A stretch of 64,000 bases of DNA from Lineus longissimus (lineage: Eukaryota): the NCBI RefSeq assembly GCF_910592395.1, contig NC_088313.1:17766500-17830499 (forward strand), given 5' to 3'. The notes under the pieces were generated by a model. The model ran no database searches. It had not been told where the DNA came from and saw only the letters and a program-made list of their open reading frames with translations. Positions 25,001 through 38,400 of this stretch are shown one piece after another. Numbering within the stretch: position 1 is the first letter of the stretch; each line of letters starts with the position of its first letter. The translations under genes and the position numbers were made by a program.

Positions 25001-28000
25001 AAGCAGAAGGTTGTTGTTTGTGATGTTGGTAATTTGTTATATAATGACATACAAAGAATACAACTTTGGACATGATGAACTGCCTCGCACTAATACAGGG
25101 CGTACTGCCATATTGGATGGTAAACCAATGACCATGGACGGCAGAATGATGGTACAACACCACACGATTATGAAATCAATCAATTGATTGACCTGAATAT
25201 TTAATGATATTTTATCTTTTCACAGGGTGTCCCGAAGAATACGGAAACATTCTGGATGGCTGTGAAAGCAATTTGGAGACGGCTTAGGGCAAAGTTTGGT
25301 AATGTCCGTGTAGACTTCTGCCAGCCGTTCTCATTGCAGGTAAACTGATGTGAACCGAAATGTAACTGTCATGGTTTAGAGCACTTATAGAGCACTTTAA
25401 GACTACATATTCAAACTATGAAAGAGGCTCCTTTATCTTTGCTTTAATAGCTTTGATACATAGACCATTCAAGTTGAGAATATTGAATATAGATTTGTTC
25501 TTTGCCTCCAAAATTTCGGCCGTCATTTTTATGACTTCTGCCCAAACCTGCTTCCTCTATTTGAGAAAGTGGGGGAAGAGGACTAAACTGTTATCCTCAG
25601 ACAGAGAGGAAGGTCTTTGAGGTGATTCCAGTAAAGCTGATGAATATAATTTTTCCATTTCTGGCAATTCACCCGTGACTGTTTTTTTTCAGGAGTACCT
25701 TGAAGTGGCACCAAACTTCCCTGGCATGCGCAAACTCCACTCAAGTGGCAACAACAGCAGCAACGACGAAAGCAATCCGAGTCAAGGTCAAATCCAACGG
25801 ATATCGGGGAGTAGTGCATCCTTGTACGGCACAGATGTGGTCATCGAGGAACAGAGGATGATGGTGCAATCATTAGCAGAGCATATTGTTTACAGTAAGT
25901 TTTCTGAAATTTGGCTGATAAATTAGGATGGTTAAAGGTGACTTCTGACGTCACCTGAATGATTAATATGCTCGAGAAGTTAATGTATATGTTCATGTTA
26001 GAACTTAATTGAACAACCAAGACCTGTATGAATTCACTTGGCTTTGTCATTGTGGAGGAGTTTGCTGAAGCTTCTTGACAATTTGTGACAACAATAGTCT
26101 ACTTCCTTTTCCCCATATCTATGCTTACAACCTGTGTAATAATCTTTGTCTTCAATTTCAGATTCTGTGAATGCCACAGCAATAATGTCCACAAATCTGC
26201 TTGCATTTGTGCTCCTCACACAACACAGACAGGTAAGAAGACAGATATTTTCTTTGAAACACAGATATTTCATCCAGTTCATATCAGTACTTACATTTCA
26301 TTTCATAGTTTACATTAGTCATGACAACAGCCCAGTATCCTTTGTGGTGCAAATAATGTATTTAAGGGCTTTTGCAGTGATATACCAGTCTGCAGACCAA
26401 TTGTAATGTCGGATTGCCTGGTCACCTTGCAGTGTTCCTCACTTTCCATTCATTACAGGGGGCGTGTCTGTCTGAAGTTGCCATGACGTTCGAGTGGTTG
26501 AAAGATGAGATCACAGTATTGAAAGGGCGTGATGTGGGCTTCACTGGTGAGACGAAGGATGTGATATTTTATGCTGCCGACGTGTTAGGGGAACAGCTGG
26601 TGTCTGTGGCGGAACCTGATGGGTAAGTTCGAATTGTTTGACACTCACTACCAGTTTTCCTCATGAAAATTATAAGGCTGCCGGGCCCCTGGCTTTGGTT
26701 GAGAGGTCATTCTTATTTAATTGCCTCTGACTGATTTCAAGAAACTCATGGTTTATGTGGTAGGCATTCATGCAATGATTATGAATCTTGCATTCACTAC
26801 GTTTGCAGTTGTTCATCAGGTAAATAGAACTAATGTCAAGTAAAGCTTTCAAGTGAAACATTGCAATTTTGGCAGCTGTAAGTGTGGAAATTCGAAACTC
26901 TAATTTCTTGCAAATTTCCTTTACAGCGCTGACAAGGAGATCTTCATCAGTCCCAACCTCTCTTTACCCAACATCTTTGAGTTGGCATATTACTCAAATG
27001 TTGTGACTGCCATATTTCTCTTTGAGAGTGTTGCAGGTATGTAAAGCCTTTAGCAACATCGCACTTCTAAATTCAGGCTACTGTATTTCTTGGCCATCAT
27101 TCACAGCTTCAGGAGGAAATAATGTTATTCCCTCCCGACAGCTTTTATGCATATCAATCCATTTCCAGCTTCCTGCTGTTTAGTATGAATACATTTAAAC
27201 ATGTCCAAAGTTAGCTCATGCATGCGTTAGTCAGTCTGAGTCAGTCTATTTTGATTCAAAACAATAAGGATTAGATCACTGATGTTATGTGCAACTTGAC
27301 ACTTTTCAGCTGCTTCTACCTTGGCTTGCTCAGAAGATATCATGACCAACTCAAGCCCTCAACCAATCTCCGTCTCGAAGAATCAACTCAGTGATAAGGT
27401 CAAGGAACTACACCAACTGCTCAAGTTTGAATTCATGTTTGCTCCGGTAAGTGTTTCTCACTCCTCAAGATGTCAGCAGTTTAGGCCAAAATTTCACTTG
27501 AAATCAAGATGCAAGGGTGTCTTAGCGCCTCTGATTTTTACATCACACTTATTGTTTTATTTCAGAGTTGTGAATCGCAGGAGATGCGGGTCCTGGACGG
27601 AATCGACATCCTCATGACCAAAGGTGTCTTCAGTGCCGAGGAGGAGAAGTATGGCACCACTGATGACCGTCGAGCTGCTCAGCGCCTGTCGTCCATGGTA
27701 TCCTGGGATGATGAGGACTCCGACGAAGAGGGTTATGCTGATGAGGTGCTCAAGGTACAGAACTCGAGATGACACCGTTCTAAGATGATCACACCTTCAT
27801 CCAGATCTCAATAGATGAATCTTTCTTATGTGTTCACATTTTTGGAGACTCACCATATCTATACAATACCATAGTGTCTGTCACTGTCATTGTCCGTCCC
27901 CATTAGGAGAAGAATAGCTTGGCAATGTGAAGGTATTTACTCTCTGTGTCTGTTGTTCTTTATTTGCTGTGGCATTGTTGTCTCTGGCTTCATGATCTTA

Positions 28001-28864
28001 TGCAAATTTCACTTCATTTTCAACAGGTTGATGCAGAGAGTGACGGCTTCATCAAACATTTCCCATTCCTCCTGAATGTATTGGGTCCAATCATCGAATC
28101 ATACTGGGTCACAGCCTGTCACCTTCTCAAGCTTGTCGAGGCAGACATGGAAGGTAAACAGCTAGGATTTCTCATCATTAGAGGCTTACACCATTTGTTA
28201 AAAATTTGAGATTGATAATTTGTGGTTTCATCATTATCATGTGCCCCCTATCCCAATGCGGAATTCTACATAACACAGTATTCTCTGGGATCATTTTCAG
28301 AAACAAACTGCTTGTCTCCTTCCAAAACCAATCTTTGTACTTTGTTTGTCCTATTGTTTTACAGAGCAAGCATTTATCAAGGAGGTCCTGCGGATCGCTC
28401 AAGACAGAGTGACCAAGAACACTGCCTCGTATGGTAGGTATACAAGATACACTCCTGAACAAGTGATACCCTGCAAGAGTCGCAGCATTAAAAAGGCAGC
28501 AGGAATCTTACAACATAACACTGTCACTAACGTGAAAAGCACTTACGTTCAATTCTGATATTAATTACCCTGTCATTGTACAAAGTAATGTCACTGAACT
28601 ATTAGGCTAATGATTCCATATGCAAATTATCACCATGAATACATTTTTTAAGTTTCCGAGTTTAACAAGAACACTTTCCCTTCAGCTGAGAGTGCCTCAT
28701 TTGAGACGATAAAGACAGCCATGAGAAGCTTTCAACACGAGAAGGTGTTAGAGGTGTATTACCTGAACGATGTGAGGATGATCAGCCTGTGTGATAACTA
28801 CGCCAATCTCGAGGAGGTCAGCAGCTTTGTGGAAAAAGTCGAGGAATTCCGGTGCTATATGTGA
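22013..28864 (+). CDS. GPAM: Glycerol-3-phosphate acyltransferase 1, mitochondrial (GPAT/GPAM family). 18 coding exons, about 855 aa.
   Basis: Exons 22013..22207, 22299..22409, 22868..23058, 23366..23524, 23753..23849, 24021..24163, 24526..24752, 24900..24982, 25226..25339, 25693..25894, 26162..26232, 26459..26622, 26927..27036, 27310..27446, 27566..27754, 28027..28153, 28365..28433 and 28686..28864. All are GT-AG, phases are consistent, and the total is 2568 nt. The acyltransferase motifs are present: I HRSHLDY(IILTY), II FFIRR, III FFIEGGRSR(TGK), IV VPLSISYEKI. The N-terminal KRPFMGRCC and LTGWFLLKLLGSLLNSIVVHHGQMEMIKKASQ align to human GPAM (SRKRPFVGRCC; LTGWVLLKLFNSFFWNIQIHKGQLEMVKAATE). 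AATAAA sits immediately after the stop (28865-28870) and again near 29213 and 29236. An acceptor just upstream of the ATG (ttttag at about 21993-21998) implies a 5'UTR exon. Confidence 0.85.
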
Positions 28865-29269
28865 ATAAAATGGAGAGACAGACACGGACAATATCCTGGT
28901 CTTATGCAGAAAGTTACTACATGAATGTGTCTTTTAGATAATGGTGTACTCTGGCTGACCTTAAGCTGACCTCATGCTTGTAGCTGCACATAGCATCTAC
29001 ACTTTCTGAACGGGTAGAAATTATAACTGCACTGCTAACATTTTGTCTGCATGCATATGGAACCAATTGTGGTGCTGGTGGTGCTCAACAAGTGCACTAG
29101 AAAACTTGTTTTAGTAGGTTTATAAGTCTGGTGTTAAGAATATTTCGTATCGCTCTTTTGTGTAGTTGCAGACAGCCAAAAAGATATGACATTTGTGATT
29201 TAAATAAAAGCTGTAAATAATAGAGAATCTAACAAATAAAATAGCAGTAAAGTAAAACCTTCGCTCTCT

Positions 29270-31310
29270 GTGTCAGGCTTTTGAGGCTCTTCAGATCCTT
29301 TTCTCACTTCCTTAATTGCAAGGGAGATTGTCCAACTAGTCTGAAAGAGACAGGTTGTGCCTATGATCTCATGGCAGACTCTTGAGGTTCTACAGGTCAT
29401 TTTCTTAGACCTCCTGTAAAGCCAGGAAGATTGTCAAGCTGGTCTGAAAGAGACGGTTCGTGACTGTGTCTTCATGTCGGGGCCCTTGAAGCTACATAGA
29501 TCCTATTCTGAGACATCCTTTATTGCAAGGAAGATTGTCCAACTGGGCAGACAGACGCAGGTTGTGACGATGTCTTCGTGTCAGGTGGTTGAAGGTTCAC
29601 AGAACCTGTTTTGAGACACCCTGCATTCCAAGAAATATTGTCCAGCTGGTCAGAAAGAGATAGGCTATGTCAGGCCCTCGAAGCTCTACAGCTCCTTTTC
29701 TGAGTCATCCTTGATTGCAAGGAAGAATGTCCAGCAAATCAGAAAGACACAGGTTGCGACAATGTCTTCATGGCGGACCCTTCATGTTCTATAGGTCCTT
29801 TTCTGTGACCTTCAGTATAGCCAGGAAGATTGTCCAAAGAAATAGTTTGCGACTATGTCTTTCCTTTTGACCGTTGTGGCTTTACATATCCATTTTCTGA
29901 GACATCCTGTATTCTGCATGGCCTGACAGAGACAGGCTGTGGCGGTGGCTTCATGTCAGGCCCTTGAAGCCTCACAGATCCCTTTCTGAGACATCCTATA
30001 TAGTAAGAGTGATTGTCAAACTGGTCAGACAGAAACTGGTTGTGACAGTGACTTGCTACTTGTCAGGCCCTCTGGGACATCCTGTAAAGCAAGGCGCTTT
30101 AGATCGAATTCCGAGACATCGTTTAATGCAAAGAAGATTGTCCAACTTGTCTAAAAGAGACAGATTGCGACTATGTCTTCATGGCGAACCCTTTAGTTCC
30201 CACTGGTCCTGTATTGCACGAATAACTAACTGCCCAACTGTTCAGACAGAGACAGGTTGTGATGATGTCGTCATGTCAGGCCCTTGTGGCCAAGCATATC
30301 TTCTTTCTGCCGTCGACATCCTTTATTGCAAGGAAGATTTTCCCATTGGTCAGTTAGAGGTAGGTTGTGAAGATGTCTTCGTGTCAGGCCCTTGAGGCTC
30401 CACAGAACTTTTCTATGACATCATATATAGAAAGGAGGATAATCCAACTCTTCAGAGAAAGATAGGCTGGATAGGATTGTCCAACCGAACAGAGAGAGCC
30501 AGGTTGCGACGATGTCTTCATGGTGGACCCATGAGGTTTTACAGGTCCCTTTCTGAGACATCCCATATTGCTGGGAGGATTGTCCAATCGAGCATACAGA
30601 GCCAGGTTGCGATGATGTTTTCATGATGGACCCATGAGGTTCTACTGGTCCCTTTCTGAGACATCCCATATTGCTGGGAGGATTGTCCAACCGAACATAC
30701 AGAGCCAGGTTGCGACGACGTTTTCATGATGGACCCATGAGGTTCTACTGGTCCCTTTCTGAGACATCCCATATTGCTGGGAGGATTGTCCAACCGAGCA
30801 TACAGAGCCAGGTTGCGATGACGTTTTCATGGTGGACCCATGAGGTTCTACTGGTCCTTTTCTGAGACATCCCATATTGCTAGGAGGATTGTCCAACTGG
30901 TCAGACAGATATAGGTTGTGTCGGTGTCTCCATGTTCAGACCCTTGAGGCAATAGATCCATTTGTGATACATCCTGTATAACATGGACGATTGTTCAACT
31001 GGTCAGACATAGATAGGTGACGACGTCTTCGTATCAGGCATTTGAGGCCTCGAGACACACTGTATTGCAAGGAAGATTGTCCAACTGGTCAGAGAAATGT
31101 CGTGTCGATGTCTTCATGTCACTCCCTTGAGGCTCTACATTTATTTTTATGAGACATTCTGTATGGCAAGGAGGATTGTCCATGAGACAGGTTGCGAACA
31201 TGTCTTCATGACGGACCATTAAGGTTTTACAGGTCCTTTTCTGGGACATCCTGCATTGCAAGGAAGACTCCAAGTGGTCAGACGGAAACAAGTTGTGACG
31301 ATGTCTTCAA
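29270..31310. repeat. Tandem satellite / minisatellite array, 103-bp unit, about 20 copies. The central copies (about 30380-30900) are nearly identical.
   Basis: The overlapping minus ORFs 30384..30587, 30421..30690, 30539..30793 and 30642..30896 start 103 nt apart and encode the same peptide (MDNPPSNMGCLRKGPVEPHGS.MKTSSQPGSVCS...). A period of 103 is not a multiple of 3, so the frame drifts and the array is non-coding. The unit recurs as ...ggttgtgacgatgtcttcatgtcaggcccttgaggctccacag...tttctgagacatcctgtattgcaaggaagattgtccaactggtcagacagag... Confidence 0.85.
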
Positions 31311-31891
31311 ACATCAGTTATGGGGTTGAGAGAAATAAAAGTTTGGATATACTTTACAAGACTAGGTACACCAATCAAACAAGAGTATATTTTGTCATCA
31401 TTTGATAGAATTTTTTTATTCTTAACAAATTTTAGACCAGCATAAAAGTAGTCTCCATTATAGTATGTGACACAATCCCAGCACACTGTACCATATAGTT
31501 TATTCACAAATGCAGCAAGAGGGCCTAATGCAGCACATCTGGACACAGTCGTTATTTTTAAAGCATGCTAGCTAATAACAGCATGCTGACATGTAGTTTT
31601 GTGTACTCCGACTTTCAAGACTGGACCTGTATTGTCGCTATCTCAAGCCAGTCAAAGACTGTCAAGCACTGTACTGTCACAATCTCTGTCAAGACATCAC
31701 AATCTGCTCATTTCAAAAGTGCCTTGACCAGAAATATTTATCATTTTAGACGAGTCTAAATCTATAAAATAGCACTGTAATGTCACAATGTCAGTCCAAT
31801 CTAAAACCGTTGAGACAAGGACTGTATGCATAGTCACAATCTCAGTCCAATTACAAGACGGTCAAGACGATGACAGTCCATTTCACTTTCA

Positions 31892-34105
31892 TCATGCACT
31901 ACAATTCCAAATCTTGATATCACCATCGTCACTACAAGATGCTAATAATCCAGGAACTTTAGGATTCCAAGCTACACAGTTCACATCTTCCATATGAGCA
32001 TTGTTCTGAGTATGACTGAGTTCAAAAGATGGTTGGTTTGGATCAGTGGCGGTCAGGTCCTCAGAGAATATTCGTATCATGTCATCACCACTTGCTGTCG
32101 CTATGAGGTTGGTAAGTGGGCACCTGTAAGCAAATGGACAATAGACTACATAAATAGGAACAATAGAAACTACTTTGCATTCCATTTTTCTAGACATATT
32201 TTCACAAAATCTTTTAAATCGTCTTCAGATGTCTCAATCCTTTACAGAGGATAAGACACATACCGTTCTGCACTCCTCATGAGACTGATTGTGGCTAATC
32301 TATAAAGCCAATCTATCTAAGATAAGTAGTGATACAGGAAGAGGAATAAGGCCCTACATATACTTCTCCAGGGAGATAACTACTGCAATTGCGCCACCCA
32401 GAACTAGAGGTACTTACCATGCTACATCATAAACTGGTCTTGTGTGATACCCCGATAATGTGCAGACACATTTCCATACTGCATCATTGCCTGGCACCAC
32501 AATGCCTAAAGGGAATATAGAACAGCATATCAATTAAGGCAGGACATACTGCAAATTCCTTTATTTTCACAAGAGGCATCTGGACACACTAAGCGAAGAG
32601 ATTGTTGAATCCCTTGGCCAAGTGATATATCTTGCTGGTGTTTCACAGGTAAACTCTATCTTGAACAACTTTAAATGCGATCTACTGACTCTTTAATAAA
32701 GCGAATGTCCAGCTCACAGAGGTGTCCGCTAAAGAAGATTTGACTGTAGTCAAACTTTATTAATATTACCTTCAGGGTTGTCTTTTGAGTATTCCTTCCA
32801 CACTTTTAAGGTTCTGTCATCACTGGCAGATATGAGCCTTTTCCCAGTCTTATCAAATACCATACTCCACACGGTAGACTCATGGGACTCTGAAACATCA
32901 AAGAAGTGTACAACAGATCATAACAAACCATCAGAAGAACCAAAGTCGTAGTGATCTAGTTCATGGATGTGTAAAACACACAGCTACAACTGCATTGCAC
33001 TAGCACAGCCTGCACTTTGGTTTTTGAACTCAAAAAATGACCTTATGTTGAAAAAACCACAAATGATTTTATGGTACTGATTGAGATAAAGCACTTACCT
33101 AATGTAGTGAAGCTTATCCAGTCGTCACCATCATCTTTATGAAACTTGAGCGTGTTGTCATAACTTGCTGATACCAGAACCTGAAATGTAAGAACTGACC
33201 ATCAATCACTTTGTCACGAAAGGTGAGAAAACCCTTTATTTTGTTATAAGTAGGTCATTACTTAGAATGTCCGAGGATCCAATTGAGGCAAAAACCAAAA
33301 AAGACAAATGTTTGGTGAATTTCTGAACGCTTGGCATAACATTAACAATTAACAAAGACTTACATCTTTATGAGGGTGCCACACCACCTTTTTCACGTCC
33401 TGTGAATGTGAACTTAAAACACTGGCACACTCGAATTCCTCATCACCAGCAACTGAAACAAGATACACAAAAACTGACAGTCAAGCTTATAATTGCAAAA
33501 GAATAATACTAAATTATTTCAGGAGTCCGGATAAAACAAATCAGTGGTCAGCTAAGAGCCTCCTGAACATCTGAATGGAATAGATTTTATAAACTCTATA
33601 GAAAAATGCCTTACCTTCCCATAACCACACACTCTTATCCCTGCTGCATGTTGCCAAATACTGTCCAGATGGGGCCCAAGCAGCACACTTGACTTCATTC
33701 TCATGTCCCTCTAATGTGGCAATGCATTCAAAGTCATTCCCTGTCTTGCTCCAAATACACGCTGTTGCATCGAAACTCCCAGAGGCCAGGTACCTCCCAC
33801 ATGGAGACCAGTCTATACTCCGGACTGTACGGGTGTGACCGTCCTCGAGGATGGTCTTGCACACCCACTTGTCACCTGAAATGAAAACGAAACATATGAT
33901 GAAACGAACACATTAACAAGTTGTTAGTGTTTTTTATGGGACACCCTGTATTATAATATCGATGTACGCGCTTGCCTTCTTTCCCCCATATTCTGATGGA
34001 CTTGTCACCACCACAGCTTGCCAGTAATGAACCGTCAGGACTCCAGCAAACGTTCCAAACCAGATCTGAATGTCCACTGAGAGTGCAAGCTCGTTCAAAT
34101 AGCAT
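31892..34105 (-). CDS. CIAO1: Cytosolic iron-sulfur assembly component 1 (CIAO1; WD40). Complete CDS in 7 exons, 333 aa.
   Basis: Minus-strand exons 34105..33976, 33875..33615, 33452..33364, 33180..33099, 32889..32770, 32505..32418 and 32123..31892, totalling 1002 nt. The product [87 protein letters not shown]...[89 protein letters not shown]...[30 protein letters not shown]...[42 protein letters not shown]...[32 protein letters not shown] is collinear with human CIAO1. Intron 1 has a GC donor (AAG|gcaagc). Confidence 0.85.
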
Positions 34106-35435
34106 TTTTAGCAGAAATCATGCACTTTTCAAGACGATGCAATTTGGCCGAACTCGCATGAATCACTTTATTTTTTACACATCTGTTGTTGTGGTTGTGG
34201 ATGGTAAATTTTCCAATACTTTCAATTGATTCCAATTTTGCCGTAGCTCTATCAATACCTCGCCGAAGACAGAGTACTGTACCTAATGCAGAATAGAGAG
34301 GAATACTGGCCAAAGGACACCACCTTGACAACAAAGCTCTTGGGCTCTGAGGTGGAACTATCTAGGACATACAACTTCGTTACCAATGATGGACTGACTG
34401 TCTAGTGTGCATCTCAAAAATTCCAATAAGAAGAGTACTGTCAAAAGTTGAACTCGAACACGGACCAAGAAATTAGAGGAACAGTCAATCACAACCATGC
34501 AGGCATGTGAGGTCTCTGCAGAAAATTCGCTGGTAATGTGAAGTAGTTTAGAGTAGGCCTTTATCATTTCAGCTGTTTGAGACGGATTGATATATCCAGT
34601 CGTCAGCCATAGTTCGTCCTCCAGGCAAGATTGCCATATACTTCCAGTGACCAACTGCCTTTACCAGTGTTGCAGCAGGTCAAAGGAGTTTATCAAAGCA
34701 AAAACCAATTGGTCATCAATTTACAAGACAATTTTGCAACAACTGGAAGTCTCATAATTTCTGAGAGAATTGTAAACTTCACCAACCGAGGAAGTCACGG
34801 TCACATCCATTTTTAACAAACGTGACCTACAGTAGTAAATTTCAGTGCTGTGAGGTACGAGTTCCAACAGTGTCAAGATTGCCATTTGAGACAGCTGGAG
34901 CTAATGCTTATCACTCCAGATAGTTTCAAAGTTTTCAAAGAAAAGCTGCATCATGATCAACAAGGCAAACCTATATGGTACGTAAGGTTTATTTAAATAT
35001 TTACAATAATATCTACACAAGAATCTGCATCATGATAACACAGGACTCAAAAACACATGAACACATCATCATCTTTGAAAGGACTACATCGCATCAGGCA
35101 AAGAGTGAGAGCCTTGGTAATTTTTTACTTCCTCTTTTGCTTCTCATCATCTCTCCCTAAGAAAATCACTTTTCACAATCAGAGAGAGCAGGGTCTTTCA
35201 AATGACCCATTAAAAACTCCTTGCCCAAGTAGTGGTACCAAGTTGGTGGTACTGATATCCCTTCCCCCAAGAAAGTAACCTATCGAGGAAAGGAATCATA
35301 AACCCCTCCCACAATGTTTACATCAAATTGTCACCAACTTGGATCACTGTATATTAAACACAAGAATGAGCAGAGTCTTCTTATCCAAACCTTAAGTCAT
35401 GATACTACCCTCCCCTCCCCTGAATAAAGTCAGAT

Positions 35436-38400
35436 TCACTGCTGAAGGAAAGCAGCCATAGGGTCCTCCCCCACCCGTCTCTTCCTGTAATAAGCCTCCA
35501 TTTCCTCCTCTGTAGGCTCCTTAGCCTCGTACATGCTGTTATATGGCCGCTTTCGTTCATCCAGCTTCATGAGACGATTCACTTCCCGCTGTCTTTCTTC
35601 TTCTTTACGTATAGCCTGAAGTTCAATAGTCAATGAAAACTGTTAAGAAAAAAGAAGCTTTCTAGATATTTCCAATTTCATCGAATACTTGTAATTAAAG
35701 CAATCTTGAACAATATGCCCTGTACCTACATGAATAGTAGAAATCTAGAACAAGGAAGGGACACTCATGATATATCTTGCCGACGAGTCTAAACCTGGCT
35801 GATAGTGGAATCTTTAGACCAGAATGAGTCTCAAAGAGAAGTGACATGCACTTCCATTATTCTTGTATGAATACCGAAGATGGAAATCACCCGCTTACCA
35901 TTTGAACCTTCTTCTCCTTTATAGCCTCCTCATCCTCCTCTGGCTCTGACTCACTTTCGCTACTAGATGAATGATGCTTCTTATGCTTCCTCCTCTTCTT
36001 CTTTTTCTTCTTCTTCTTGTCTTTCTTCTTTTTGTCACGATTCTCTTGGTGCTCCTAGAAATAGACCGTTCACATTTAGAGTCCCTCAAAAGCCATAATC
36101 AAAGTGTAACAACCTCAGATTCAACATACCAAAAAGTGTTTCATACAGTATGCAAAATGGGTCTCTAAATACTTTTCTTGTACCAGTATTACATGTACCC
36201 CTGTGGGTGCTTTTTAGATAGATCGACCGCAAGACTTACCCTAAAACAAATAGAAACCGTATCAATCTTATTGGAGATCTGATTCCCATTTACTATCAAT
36301 CCTTCTTTTAATCAGTATAAGGAAAAAAAGATTTAAAAACACGATATACTCACTTCTAATAATGTTTTTTGCTCGGGTTCCTCCACTTGCTGACTTGAAG
36401 AAGGTGCTCCCATAAGAACCATACTTTTATCCTGAAATCAGACATCAAATTTAACTTGGTCTGCAAATTACAAATCAGTTGAGAAACTGGACAAATTGTC
36501 GTACTTTCGACCGTCATACCCTATTTCGAAAATTTGAATTGTGATGAAATGCCATGCTTACCTGATTGGCATCTTTTCCAGCTTCTCCAGTACAATACGA
36601 TCCTTTGATACATGAATGGCAGCACTTGAAACCCCACTGACCATCCTTCCAGTAGGAACCCCAGACACTCTGAAAGAAGCAATGTTAAGTCATGATCTGA
36701 AGTATAGCCATAGGCTTAGGAGGAAAACTTAAAGCAAGGAACAAGTCCAAATTGTGTCCATGACATCCTGGCCTGCCACCTGTTGTTCCTCGAATGTTAT
36801 TAAACTAGACAATCAGAAAACATCATAGACCCTCAGAGAGTAAACTCACTGATGACGATGTACATGTAGCTTGGTCACAATGTTACAAAGAAAGATAAGA
36901 CAATACAATCTTTGAAATAAGAACGACAATTCAGAACAGAACTTGTCCGTGGCTAAGTGAATATGCAGCTGAGGAACTTACTGTATGGTTATTGATGAAA
37001 ACATCTTCTTCATATTTTGACTTTGCCACTTCTTTTTCTAAACCTTTGATCACTTTGCCGTGCCGGGAATACTCTACATAATTTTCCTGTAAAAAGAAGT
37101 AAATTTCTTTTTTGGTAAAATCAACTTTATCCTATTACAGCCAGTCCTCATGACCTAAAATTTGATATCCAATTTTGTCACTCAAAACTAAAAAAAACAC
37201 ATTTAGATCAATACTTACTGTCTGTGCCAGAAGTAACTCTCTCGGCGGAGCATCTAAATGTTCCTCTCCACCGTATTTGTCCAGGATAGTGTTCTTATGA
37301 CTACTCTCGAATTCATCTGTTTTTTTCTTGAATTCTTTCGAGAGTAATTCTAACTTGGTCGGATCAGCCTGAATGTGGACTTCTGCTCCTTTTTCATAGG
37401 CATCCCATGCAAATACTGGAAAAGTGGAACAAGGATTTGACGAATTAAAATTTCAACATCAATTTGATCATCCCAGGATGTTCTTTTCACTCAGCTCATG
37501 CTCACTGTGGCTATTTCACACACTATTCATTATTGGCAACCAAGGTGATTTTCATACTCGTGTTTGTCCCACATTTAGGAATGCAGTCTTTCCTCAACAA
37601 TATCAATGTCAGTTCCGGTGAGGCATTGTACCATATTCTATGCAGAGGTAGGAAACTTCAGACATCCTTGCTGAATATCTGACCAGATATTCAAGGAATC
37701 ATCTATCAAATTTGAAATGATTACTGCCAGTTGTTCACTTACATTGTTGCTTAGCAAATTCATGCGCCTGTCCAGATGCTCGAACAAAGTTGTCACCCCC
37801 AAATTGTGCACTGAAAAGTTAAACGGAGAAATTACACTATCTCTCAGGAATCCCAAGAGGAGTCCCTCTGATGTCATATCAAGTGATAACCTCATCTCAT
37901 TCTGGACTGTACCAATGATTCCAAGGAAGTAATGGCCAGACTACATCAAGAATAATGTACATGTAGTGTCATACACGATGGATATCATAACCATAATCCA
38001 AAATGCTACATACTCTGCCTCAGATGATTCCTTTGCTGTGCCAGCCAATGGATTCTGCCTCATCGATCTCGTCTTTGGGTCATAGTATGCCGAGTTCACG
38101 TCCAAATTGAATAAGTATTTTGCGGTGTCCTCTCGGATACGTAAGTTTCTAACTGTGATCCGATGCTTGCTCTCGAATTTCTGACCAGGCATATCGACGT
38201 CGTCAGCATATTTGTCTTCGTCCTCACCATCTTCACCTTGGCTACTCTGCAAGGGGGTAATGAAACAATGATATAAATGCAGTCAAGCTTAATCATGCAA
38301 TTCTCATAAGGCAGGCTTTGTCTTCAACGTCAGCAAGGTGGTCAGCTGGTCAAAATTGATGTCAACATAATTCCTTGCACAGGCTTATAGCAGTTAGACA

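Noticed and set aside
29964-31291. Multiple overlapping ORFs (up to 143 aa) with a repeated MDNPPSNMGCLRKGPVEPHGS peptide
   Set aside because: They lie inside the 103-bp satellite. The period is not a multiple of 3 and the ORFs are staggered by exactly one unit, so they are non-coding.
29270-31310. Regular direct repeats that might superficially suggest a CRISPR array
   Set aside because: This is eukaryotic DNA with spliced genes. The 103-bp units are contiguous with no unique spacers and no cas genes, so it is a satellite.
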